A DNA stretch of 64,000 nucleotides. Origin: a bacterium (GTDB lineage Bacteria; Patescibacteriota; Microgenomatia; Daviesbacterales; UBA10151). Below, in pieces: positions 56,239 through 64,000 of the stretch. The DNA is taken from positions 545,494 to 609,493 of the forward strand of contig JAJYNN010000002.1 of the NCBI GenBank assembly GCA_021786315.1, read 5' to 3'. Each line of letters starts with the position of its first letter. The stretch's first letter is position 1. Position numbers and translations under genes: made by a program. Below the pieces are notes generated by a model. The model was not told the origin of the DNA. It did no database searches and saw only the letters and a list, made by a program, of their open reading frames with translations.

Positions 56239-57370
56239 TCTCTTGGTAGAGTTTGTTCAATTCTTGTGCTGACTTCTCCCAAGAAAATTTCTCTGCTTGT
56301 TTCATTCCCATCTGGCCCATTCGTCTCCTGATTCTTATATCTCCAATTATTTTTTTTATCTCATTTCCTATCTCTTTTGTATTACTAGGATCAATATACC
56401 TTGCTGCCTTTCCCCCCACTTCTGGAAGTGAGGAAATATTCGAGGTGATCACAGGGAGTCCTGCTTTCATCGCTTCTAATACCGGAATACCAAAACCCTC
56501 ATAAAAAGATGGGTAAACAAAAATCAAGGCATGTTTATACAAGTTAGCCAATTCCTCATCAGGCACAAATCCTAATTGTTTTATCCGATCTTGATGTTTA
56601 TTAATTAAATCCATCAATCCCTCGTTTTTCCAACCTGATTTTCCTACCAAAATTAAGGGCTCGGAAATTTTGCTTTCTAAATAAGCTTTAACTAAGTTTT
56701 CTAAATTCTTCCTTGGCTCCAAAGTTCCCACGGCTAATAAATATCCCGGCTTTAATCCATATTTTTCTAATGTTTCTTTTTCCTTACCCCTTTTCCCTAA
56801 ACCATCTCTCACGGCCGGGTAAATCACCTCCACCCTACCTTTTGGTTTAAACTCCATAAAATCTTTCTTGGTACTCTCTGAAATGGCAATCACCAAATCC
56901 GCATTTTTAGCGATTCTATTAAAGCGGGCTTTGTCCAATTGGGTTGTTTTGGGGTCATGCCATTGGGGAAACAGTACTGATGTCAGGTCGAACACTGTAG
57001 CCACTCTTTTTCCATGTCTTTGGGGAGGCATAAACCAATTAAATGAATGGAAAATATCAACAGGGCCAATAAATGTTTCTATTGGCGGCCAATTTAATTT
57101 TTGCCAAGTTAAAAAAGCCGTCCGGAAAAATTTCGCCGGCATCTTATAAACTTTCATTTCTACATTAGGATAATCTTTAAATTCTAAGTTTTTCAGATAT
57201 TCATAAGTAGAAAGGGTTGCGATCCCAAAAAGAATAAACTTATCTTTTTTACTCGAAGAGGAGCTTTGCTCATTAGTCTTGAGGAGATTTTTAATTAACT
57301 CAAAAGTGTAGACTCCAATTCCCGTCCGATTCTTATCATTTAAAACCGAAATATCAATCCCAATTCTCAT
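56228..57370 (-). CDS. family 4 (GT-B) glycosyltransferase
   Basis: MRIGIDIS start. C-terminal EGFGIPVLEAMKAGLPVITS. The longer ORF-track start (57412) would overlap tRNA-Val. Confidence 0.85.
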   Translation of the reverse strand: MRIGIDISVLNDKNRTGIGVYTFELIKNLLKTNEQSSSSSKKDKFILFGIATLSTYEYLKNLEFKDYPNVEMKVYKMPAKFFRTAFLTWQKLNWPPIETFIGPVDIFHSFNWFMPPQRHGKRVATVFDLTSVLFPQWHDPKTTQLDKARFNRIAKNADLVIAISESTKKDFMEFKPKGRVEVIYPAVRDGLGKRGKEKETLEKYGLKPGYLLAVGTLEPRKNLENLVKAYLESKISEPLILVGKSGWKNEGLMDLINKHQDRIKQLGFVPDEELANLYKHALIFVYPSFYEGFGIPVLEAMKAGLPVITSNISSLPEVGGKAARYIDPSNTKEIGNEIKKIIGDIRIRRRMGQMGMKQAEKFSWEKSAQELNKLYQEITA

Positions 57371-57440
57371 ATTAAGTGGAGTTAACTGGACTCGAACCAG
57401 TGACCTCTTCAATGTGAATGAAGCGCTCTAACCAACTGAG
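57367..57440 (-). tRNA. tRNA-Val (anticodon CAC)
   Basis: Reverse complement GGAGTTATAGCTCAGTTGGTTAGAGCGCTTCATTCACATTGAAGAGGTCACTGGTTCGAGTCCAGTTAACTCCA. Anticodon loop TTCACAT. Confidence 0.9.
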
Positions 57441-57523
57441 CTATAACTCCTTAACCTAGAAACACCTAATTTTACCATCCTCCCACTTGTCTTACAAACC
57501 CAAAATGTAGGATAATTACCGGT

Positions 57524-58144
57524 ATGGATCCCCAATACCCTAAAGAAGTTAACCCTGATTTAGCCAAAGCGACTGAAGAACATCCTTCATCATCAAAATT
57601 TAGGGATAGCTTAGTTGAACTGATTGAGTTTGTTGCCATCGTTGCAGCAGTATTAATCGTCTTGCGTTTTTTTATTGCCGAGCCTCACCGTGTCTCCGGA
57701 AGTTCAATGGTCCCCAATTTTCATGATGGAGATTATATTATTACCAACAAACTTGCCAAAAGCATTGCCCATCTTGAAAGGGGGGAAGTTATTATCCTGC
57801 ACAACCCCAGAAACACCGACCAGGTATTTATTAAAAGGATAGTTGGACTGCCGGGAGAAAAAATCCAAATTCTAGACGGGCAAGTGTATATTAACGGCAA
57901 ACAAATTCAGGAACCATACCTACCTCAGGGGCTCAAAACCTCCGGAGGGGCATTTCTTCCCGAAGGAGAAGAGATTACTATCCCCGATAACCAATATTTC
58001 GTCATGGGAGATAACAGGAACGGCAGCTCGGATTCAAGGGAATGGGGCACAGTCGAATACAACCTGGTCATCGGCCAAGCATGGGCAAGATATTGGCCAG
58101 CACAAAAGTTTGGAATTATTCCGGTCGATAAACCTTCGAATTAA
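57524..58144 (+). CDS. lepB: signal peptidase I (S26)
   Basis: Catalytic SGSSMVPNF (Ser), KRIVGLPGE (Lys), and GDNRNGSSDSREWG. Confidence 0.9.
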   Translation: MDPQYPKEVNPDLAKATEEHPSSSKFRDSLVELIEFVAIVAAVLIVLRFFIAEPHRVSGSSMVPNFHDGDYIITNKLAKSIAHLERGEVIILHNPRNTDQVFIKRIVGLPGEKIQILDGQVYINGKQIQEPYLPQGLKTSGGAFLPEGEEITIPDNQYFVMGDNRNGSSDSREWGTVEYNLVIGQAWARYWPAQKFGIIPVDKPSN

Positions 58145-58980
58145 AAGAGAGAAGTAATAGCTTCGTAGATTTTTCTCACTATTTCGGCATTAGCTTCCGG
58201 GTTTCCCGGAATCTTAAACTCTAATTTTGCCTGATTCCCGGTTAAGACGTACTTTACGTGAGCCTTTCTGTCACCTTTAGACAAAGCAGAAGCCAAACCT
58301 GCTTGGATCTTATCTATTTCATCGTTTAGGATATGCATATCAATTCTTTCACCCTTCTTGGCAGCAATTCCAAGCTTGGAACGCATTTTTCGGACAAGCT
58401 CTTCCGTTCCCCGGACTGACAAGTTTTTCTTAAGGACTTCTTTATATGCCTCAATAATCAAGTGAGGATCCTCTAAAGCAGCTAAAGCCCTAACGTGACC
58501 CTCTGTTGTTTGTTCAGACATCACCGCATCTTTTAAAGCGTCAGGCAAAGTCAAAAGGCGGATTGTGTTGGAAATGTAGGCGGGGCTCTTCCCTACCCTT
58601 TGGGCAATCTCGGCATTGGCCAAACCGAACTCATCCATCAGTCTTCTGTAAGCTTGGGCCCTCTCTAAAGCATTAAGGTCTTGCCTTTGGACATTTTCCA
58701 CAATTGCCATCTCCAGCATCCCTCTTGGAGAAGTTTCTTTCATAATTACAGGGACTTTTTTGAGGCCGGCGAGTTTAGAAGCTCTCCAGCGTCTTTCGCC
58801 GGCGATTATTTGAAATCCGGCAGGGGTCTTGGCAACAACCAAGGGTTCCAAAATTCCGTGTTCTCTGATTGATTCTGCAAGCTCGGCCAAAGACTCAGGG
58901 GTAATTAAACCTCTTGGTTGGAGTGGATTGGGCTCCAAGAGGTTGATATCTAACTCAAATACTTGGTCAATATTATCCAT
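58141..58980 (-). CDS. parB: ParB/Spo0J-like partition protein
   Basis: ParB box GILEPLVVA...[16 protein letters not shown], and an HTH. Confidence 0.85.
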   Translation of the reverse strand: MDNIDQVFELDINLLEPNPLQPRGLITPESLAELAESIREHGILEPLVVAKTPAGFQIIAGERRWRASKLAGLKKVPVIMKETSPRGMLEMAIVENVQRQDLNALERAQAYRRLMDEFGLANAEIAQRVGKSPAYISNTIRLLTLPDALKDAVMSEQTTEGHVRALAALEDPHLIIEAYKEVLKKNLSVRGTEELVRKMRSKLGIAAKKGERIDMHILNDEIDKIQAGLASALSKGDRKAHVKYVLTGNQAKLEFKIPGNPEANAEIVRKIYEAITSLF

Positions 58981-59224
58981 TAATAATTTGAACTATGCTC
59001 TTACCTTTTTTCTTTGCAAATTCAACTTTTCCTGGAGTGGCTGCATAAATAGTAAAATCATTCCCTATCCTTGTTCCAATACCGGAATGAAACTTATTCC
59101 CCTTTTGTCTGACAATAATATTACCTACTTCAACAATTTCCCCACCATAACGTTTTACACCCAATCTCTTGGAAACTGAGTCTCTGCCATTTTTTGTTTT
59201 TCCACCTGCTTTTGTATGTGCCAT
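58973..59224 (-). CDS. rpmA: 50S ribosomal protein L27
   Basis: [29 protein letters not shown]. Confidence 0.95.
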   Translation of the reverse strand: MAHTKAGGKTKNGRDSVSKRLGVKRYGGEIVEVGNIIVRQKGNKFHSGIGTRIGNDFTIYAATPGKVEFAKKKGKSIVQIING

Positions 59225-59258
59225 ATATCTTTAAGGATACAATCCGTGAAAACAAAAA

Positions 59259-59582
59259 TCAAGCTTTTTTCACAGACTTTTTATCGTCTGCCAACTTAAT
59301 TCTTGTCATTTCCCTTTTTTGTCCTATTACTCTTCTATAATTAGCCTTTGCTTTGTAAGTTGCCACCCTTACTTTGGGTTTTCTGACATTGCCAACCACC
59401 TCAAAATTTAAAGTGGTCTTTAAGTATGGTTTTCCAATCTCGATTTTCTTACCATTGGAAACTAAAAGAACCTTGTCAATATTTAAGGTCTTTACATCCT
59501 CAGAAATTCGGTCAACTTCGATTGTTTGGCCAGGTTTAATTAAATATTGCCGGCCTGATATTTCAAAAATTGCATAATCCAT
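59259..59582 (-). CDS. rplU: 50S ribosomal protein L21
   Basis: MDYAIFEISGRQYLIKPGQTI... is an L21-family sequence. Start set at Met 13 of the track ORF. Confidence 0.9.
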   Translation of the reverse strand: MDYAIFEISGRQYLIKPGQTIEVDRISEDVKTLNIDKVLLVSNGKKIEIGKPYLKTTLNFEVVGNVRKPKVRVATYKAKANYRRVIGQKREMTRIKLADDKKSVKKA

Positions 59583-59614
59583 AAAGGGAATTATACCCTG
59601 ATCTTGCTGTAGCG

Positions 59615-60700
59615 TCAATCCAAATCACGATTAAACGATTTTTGCCTACTGAATCTGGAAACTGAAGCAATGAAGCTTAAGGACAAGAGTACCGAAAGAA
59701 GCGAACTGCCTCCATAAGAAAGCAGCGGTAAGGTAATACCGGTAATAGGAAATAGTCCGACATTCATCCCAATATTAATTGAGGTTTGGAAAAAGATCAT
59801 TCCTAAAACTCCTAAGATTAATAAATTCCCAAATCGGCTCGATGAGTTAGTGCAAATCTTCAAGGCTCTGGCAATTAAAACACCATATAGAGATAAAACA
59901 ATAAGTGACCCTAGGAGCCCAAGTTCCTCGGCGATAGACGCAAAGATAAAATCTGTCCGGAACTCGGGTAGAAATTGCAGTCTGGACTGAGTCCCTCTCC
60001 CTAAGCCCCTTCCGAGTACTTGTCCTGACCCAACAGCGATCATTGATTGAATAACGTTATAGCCTATCCCTAAAGGATCCTGAGTAGGCGAGAGAAAGCT
60101 GAAAATCCTTTGTCTTTGGTAATCTTTCAAGAAGAGCCAGATGATAGGCGCAGATACAGCCGAAGCCACACCCATGATCATAAACTTAAACCAGGAGATA
60201 TTTGCTCCCACAAGCATTATTACCCAGATAGAGAGTAAAGTAAGCGCTGTCCCTAAATCCGGCTGTTTAAAGATCAACCCTATTAAGGGTGCCGCAATAA
60301 GGAAACTTTTTAATAAATTCATCCAATTGGGAAGCCGGTTAGACCAAAATTTTGCCAGAAATAAAATCAAAGCCGGCTTCGCCAACTCCGATGGTTGAAG
60401 CTGAATCCCCCCTAATGGTATCCACCTAACGGATCCTCTGGTCTCAAAACCTAAAAGGAAAACTACAACAAGTAAAATTATTACTGACAGGTAAAAATAA
60501 AGTGTGTAATTTTTATATATTTCAAAATCTAAAGAAGAAAGACCCCAATAAATTAGAAGCCCGACTAAGGCAAACAAACCCTGCTGGAAAGCAAGCTTGG
60601 TATCCGAAGAATAAATCACTAAAATGCCTAATGAAAGCAGCAGAATAGCAGGAATAGTTATCAATAAGTCAGGCAGAAAACCGCTTTTAGGATTCATCAA
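59615..60700 (-). CDS. SEDS family peptidoglycan glycosyltransferase (RodA/FtsW)
   Basis: 10 TM segments. SEDS signature DFIFASIAEELGLLGSLIVL. Confidence 0.85.
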   Translation of the reverse strand: MMNPKSGFLPDLLITIPAILLLSLGILVIYSSDTKLAFQQGLFALVGLLIYWGLSSLDFEIYKNYTLYFYLSVIILLVVVFLLGFETRGSVRWIPLGGIQLQPSELAKPALILFLAKFWSNRLPNWMNLLKSFLIAAPLIGLIFKQPDLGTALTLLSIWVIMLVGANISWFKFMIMGVASAVSAPIIWLFLKDYQRQRIFSFLSPTQDPLGIGYNVIQSMIAVGSGQVLGRGLGRGTQSRLQFLPEFRTDFIFASIAEELGLLGSLIVLSLYGVLIARALKICTNSSSRFGNLLILGVLGMIFFQTSINIGMNVGLFPITGITLPLLSYGGSSLLSVLLSLSFIASVSRFSRQKSFNRDLD

Positions 60701-63523
60701 TTAAACAACTTCGATCTTTAAACTCTCGCCTTGTATAAGCTCCAAAGCATTGGTCTGTTTTAATATTAGCTCAACTAGATTTTTATCTTTTGGCACTTCC
60801 GGTACAAAAGCCTTTATCTTATCTTGTAAAGTCAGCCCGGATTCTTTCCTTGCCTGTTGGATTTGCCTGATTATCTCCCTAGCTTCTCCTTCTGCTTGAA
60901 GTTCCGGAGTAATTTTTGTATCCAATTCCCCTTTAGCCTCATTTGAGGATTTTTTATACTCAATCTCTTTAACATTTAACTCATCCGCCATAATCTTTTC
61001 TAATTCGTCATCTAATTTCCCCTCTGAGAAGTAAGTAAACTTCTGCAATGGTTGACGAAGTTTAATATTTGCTTCTTTTCTTAGGGCATGTCCCCTCTCC
61101 ACCATTTGTCTCACAAGGCTCATCTGCCTCACCAGCTCTTCATCAATTAGCCCCTTGTCTGTTTCCGGATAATCAGTTAAATGAACCGATTCTTCTCCGG
61201 TAAGGTTTCGATAAATTGCTTCAGAAACAAAAGGCATAAACGGAGCTAGTAACTTGCTCAAAGTCACTAAGACTTCGTAAAAAGTCGACAAAAACACTTT
61301 CTCATCTTCCTTATCAGCTACAGGCCCTACACGATCTCTGGATCTTCGGATATACCAAGTCGATAAGTCATTTACGACAAAATCTTCAATATTTCTGGAG
61401 GAATTATAAAAATCATATTTATCTAAATTATTATTCACAAGCTCCGTCAGCTGGTTCAGTCTGGATATGATCCATTTATCAAGCGCTGTCCTATTTCTCA
61501 CATCTTGAACTTCAACCTCGGATAAATTAGCATAGTCGACGAAAAACTTATAACTGTTCCATAAAATTAAGGAAAAACGGCGTAATTTTTCTGAAACTAA
61601 GTCAGAGGAGAAGGGTACGCTCCCCCCTGGAGGGCAATTAGTGTAGAAAAACCAGCGAATTGTATCCGCTCCGGTTTTTGAGATTACATCCCAAGGATTA
61701 ACTACATTTCCCTTGGATTTACTCATCTTTTGGCCTTTTTCATCCAAAATATGTCCTGTTGTAAAGATATTTTTAACAGGAGCAGGGGTGCTATTTCCCA
61801 AAAGCATCGCTTCGGCCATTAAAGTAAAGAACCACCCTCTTGTTTGGTCAATTGCCTCAACAATATAATCTGCCGGATACCATTCCTTATAAATCTCCTG
61901 GTTTTCAAAGGGATAGTGCCACTGGGCAAAAGGCATTGCTCCTGAATCCATCCAGACATCAACCACATCAGAAACCCTTCTCATTTCCTGGGAACATTCA
62001 GGACATTTGAACGTCACTTCATCAATAAAAGGCTTGTGTAAATCATCGGGAACTTTACCCCCTAACTCTTCAATCTCATTCCGTCCGCCAACAACCTTTA
62101 TATGTTTATCAGGGCACATCCAAACCGGCAGCGGTGTTCCCCAAAACCTGTTACGGGAAATATTCCAATCAATTAATGTTTCCAACCAGTTTTTCATTCT
62201 CCCGGTCTTTATAGTTTTGGGAACCCAATTAATCTTTTGATTATCCTCTAAAAGCGCCTCTTTAACCGCAGTGGTTTTAATGAACCAGGAATCAAGGGCA
62301 TAATAAAGAATCGGGGTGGAACATCTCCAACAAAACGGATAAGTGTGTTTTATGGTTCCTGATTTATAAAGGATGTTTCTATTTTTTAAGTTTTCGATAA
62401 CATCTTTGTCGGCATCTTTGACAAATTTTCCGGCAAATTCAGTGATTTCCGGCATAAACTCCCCCTTTAAGCTGACCGTGTGCTGTAAAGGCAAGTTCGC
62501 CTTTTTCCCCATTTCAAAGTCTTCGATTCCGTACATTACCGCAGTATGAACGATGCCAGTTCCCTCATCTTCCGTAGCAAAATCCCCTTCTAAAACATAG
62601 AATGCTTTGGGCTCCGGTTTGATGTAATTAAATAGTGGTTTGTAGTTTTTCCCTAAAATATCTTCAAATTTAACATCACCTAAAACTTTGTACTCTCCGT
62701 CTAAAACGCTTAATCTTTTCTTGGCCAAAATATATCTTTCATCATTTTGCTCCACTTTCACATATTGGATATTTTTTCCAATCGTCAGGCCAACATTTCC
62801 CGGAAGTGTCCAGGGAGTTGTTGTCCAGACCAAAAAATAGGTGCCTGGTTCATCTTCCAACTCAAATTTAATAAAAACGGATGGGTCTTCCACATCATCT
62901 TTATATCCTTGGGCCAACTCATGGGAAGAAAGCGAAGTTCCGCAACGAGGACAGTAAGGGACAACTTTGTAGTCCCGGTACAAAAGACCCTTTTCGGAAA
63001 CCTGTTTTAAAAACCACCAAACGCTTTCAATATATTCATTTTTATAAGTGATATACGCGTCATCGAAGTTAATCCAAAAAGCAATCCTCCTGGTTAAGTT
63101 CACCCACTCATCAACATAACGAAAAACAGATTGTTTACATTTTTCATTAAAGAATTTAACTGACTCAAATTGGCTATCTTTTAAATCTAAAATATCCTGT
63201 TTGCCCCGCAATCCCAACTCTTTCTCAACTTCAATCTCTACCGGTAACCCATGGGTATCCCAACCGGCTTTTCTCTCCACCAAAAAGCCTTTCATTGTTC
63301 TATAGCGCAAAACTAAATCTTTGAAAGACCTTACTAATACATGATGAATGCCTGGTTTACCATTTGCCGTTGGAGGGCCTTCATAAAAAACAAATCTCTC
63401 CCGACCTTCCCGGTTTTCTACGGATTTTGCAAAAGTTTTGTTATCTTCCCAATAAGCCAAAACCTCTTCTTCGAGAGTCGGCAAATCAACTTGCGACGAA
63501 ATAGGCTTAAATCTTGTTACCAT
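60701..63523 (-). CDS. ileS: isoleucyl-tRNA synthetase
   Basis: HIGH-type motif PTANGKPGIHHV, KMSKSKGN, editing domain. 940 aa. Confidence 0.95.
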   Translation of the reverse strand: MVTRFKPISSQVDLPTLEEEVLAYWEDNKTFAKSVENREGRERFVFYEGPPTANGKPGIHHVLVRSFKDLVLRYRTMKGFLVERKAGWDTHGLPVEIEVEKELGLRGKQDILDLKDSQFESVKFFNEKCKQSVFRYVDEWVNLTRRIAFWINFDDAYITYKNEYIESVWWFLKQVSEKGLLYRDYKVVPYCPRCGTSLSSHELAQGYKDDVEDPSVFIKFELEDEPGTYFLVWTTTPWTLPGNVGLTIGKNIQYVKVEQNDERYILAKKRLSVLDGEYKVLGDVKFEDILGKNYKPLFNYIKPEPKAFYVLEGDFATEDEGTGIVHTAVMYGIEDFEMGKKANLPLQHTVSLKGEFMPEITEFAGKFVKDADKDVIENLKNRNILYKSGTIKHTYPFCWRCSTPILYYALDSWFIKTTAVKEALLEDNQKINWVPKTIKTGRMKNWLETLIDWNISRNRFWGTPLPVWMCPDKHIKVVGGRNEIEELGGKVPDDLHKPFIDEVTFKCPECSQEMRRVSDVVDVWMDSGAMPFAQWHYPFENQEIYKEWYPADYIVEAIDQTRGWFFTLMAEAMLLGNSTPAPVKNIFTTGHILDEKGQKMSKSKGNVVNPWDVISKTGADTIRWFFYTNCPPGGSVPFSSDLVSEKLRRFSLILWNSYKFFVDYANLSEVEVQDVRNRTALDKWIISRLNQLTELVNNNLDKYDFYNSSRNIEDFVVNDLSTWYIRRSRDRVGPVADKEDEKVFLSTFYEVLVTLSKLLAPFMPFVSEAIYRNLTGEESVHLTDYPETDKGLIDEELVRQMSLVRQMVERGHALRKEANIKLRQPLQKFTYFSEGKLDDELEKIMADELNVKEIEYKKSSNEAKGELDTKITPELQAEGEAREIIRQIQQARKESGLTLQDKIKAFVPEVPKDKNLVELILKQTNALELIQGESLKIEVV

Positions 63524-63556
63524 ATGGGTAATTCTAACAAAAATGGTGCTCTGAAA

Positions 63557-64000
63557 CTAGTTGTTTCGGCGGAGGAAGGTGGGAATTTCAAATCTGTCAT
63601 CTGAATCTTCTGCCGCTACTTCTTCTACAACTTCCTCTTCTTCCGGCTCCTCTTCAGTAACCTCTTCCTGAGCCGTTGGCCTTTGGGGTTGTATATAACT
63701 TTGTGATAAAGGATTCATCCCTGCCCCGGCATATTCACGAAGCCTTGCCCTACTCTGGTCAAACCCAGTTGCAATAACCGAAACTATTAATTGGTCCACT
63801 TGGTCCTCTTTAATGGTGGCACCAAAGATAATGTTGGCATCCGGGTCGGCAGCGGCCGAAACAATCTTGGCTGCTTTGTCGACTTCTTCCATGGTTAAAT
63901 CCGGACCGCCAACAATATTGAACAAAACTCCCTTGGCGCCTTCAATGGAAACTTCCAAAAGCGGCGAAGCAATAGCCATGCGCGCTGCCGCTTCCGCCCT
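63557..64000 (-). CDS. ftsZ: cell division protein FtsZ, C-terminal portion (continues beyond window)
   Basis: [27 protein letters not shown]...[10 protein letters not shown]...[10 protein letters not shown] plus an acidic C-terminal tail. Confidence 0.85.
   Translation of the reverse strand, partial: RAEAAARMAIASPLLEVSIEGAKGVLFNIVGGPDLTMEEVDKAAKIVSAAADPDANIIFGATIKEDQVDQLIVSVIATGFDQSRARLREYAGAGMNPLSQSYIQPQRPTAQEEVTEEEPEEEEVVEEVAAEDSDDRFEIPTFLRRNN

Overview
This 64 kb window comes from an AT-rich, compact genome, mostly encoded on the minus strand. A Patescibacteria/CPR-like origin is an inference only. The most notable region is an ~11.7 kb accessory insertion at the 3' end of tRNA-Glu (16897-28639), bounded on the right by an 18-nt copy of the tRNA 3' end.

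The housekeeping backbone is recognisable with confidence:
- lexA 3' fragment, rsmI, a DedA-family protein
- typA, gatCAB, dnaE, rplS, rnhB, yraN
- obg, htpX-lemA, PolX
- mntH, lepB, parB, rpmA, rplU
- a RodA/FtsW-type SEDS protein, ileS, and an ftsZ fragment
- a GT2/Wzy-like/GT4 glycan cluster
- tRNAs Lys, Glu, Asp, Gly, Thr and Val

The tRNA-Glu insertion contains:
- a large serine recombinase whose gene is bracketed by perfect 103-bp inverted repeats
- directly adjacent, a 9.9 kb segment bracketed by perfect 115-bp inverted repeats, carrying a complete type I R-M operon (hsdM-hsdS-unknown gene-hsdR), two secreted/membrane hypotheticals, and a ~1.1 kb GC-rich structured non-coding region

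Secondary observations:
- tRNA 3'-end duplications with a shared terminal motif at four tRNA loci
- a small GCAAGG-N5-CCTTGC palindromic repeat that also sits inside the gatA and rnhB coding sequences
- a conserved motif upstream of promoters
- paralogous genes at the island border

No CRISPR array was seen.
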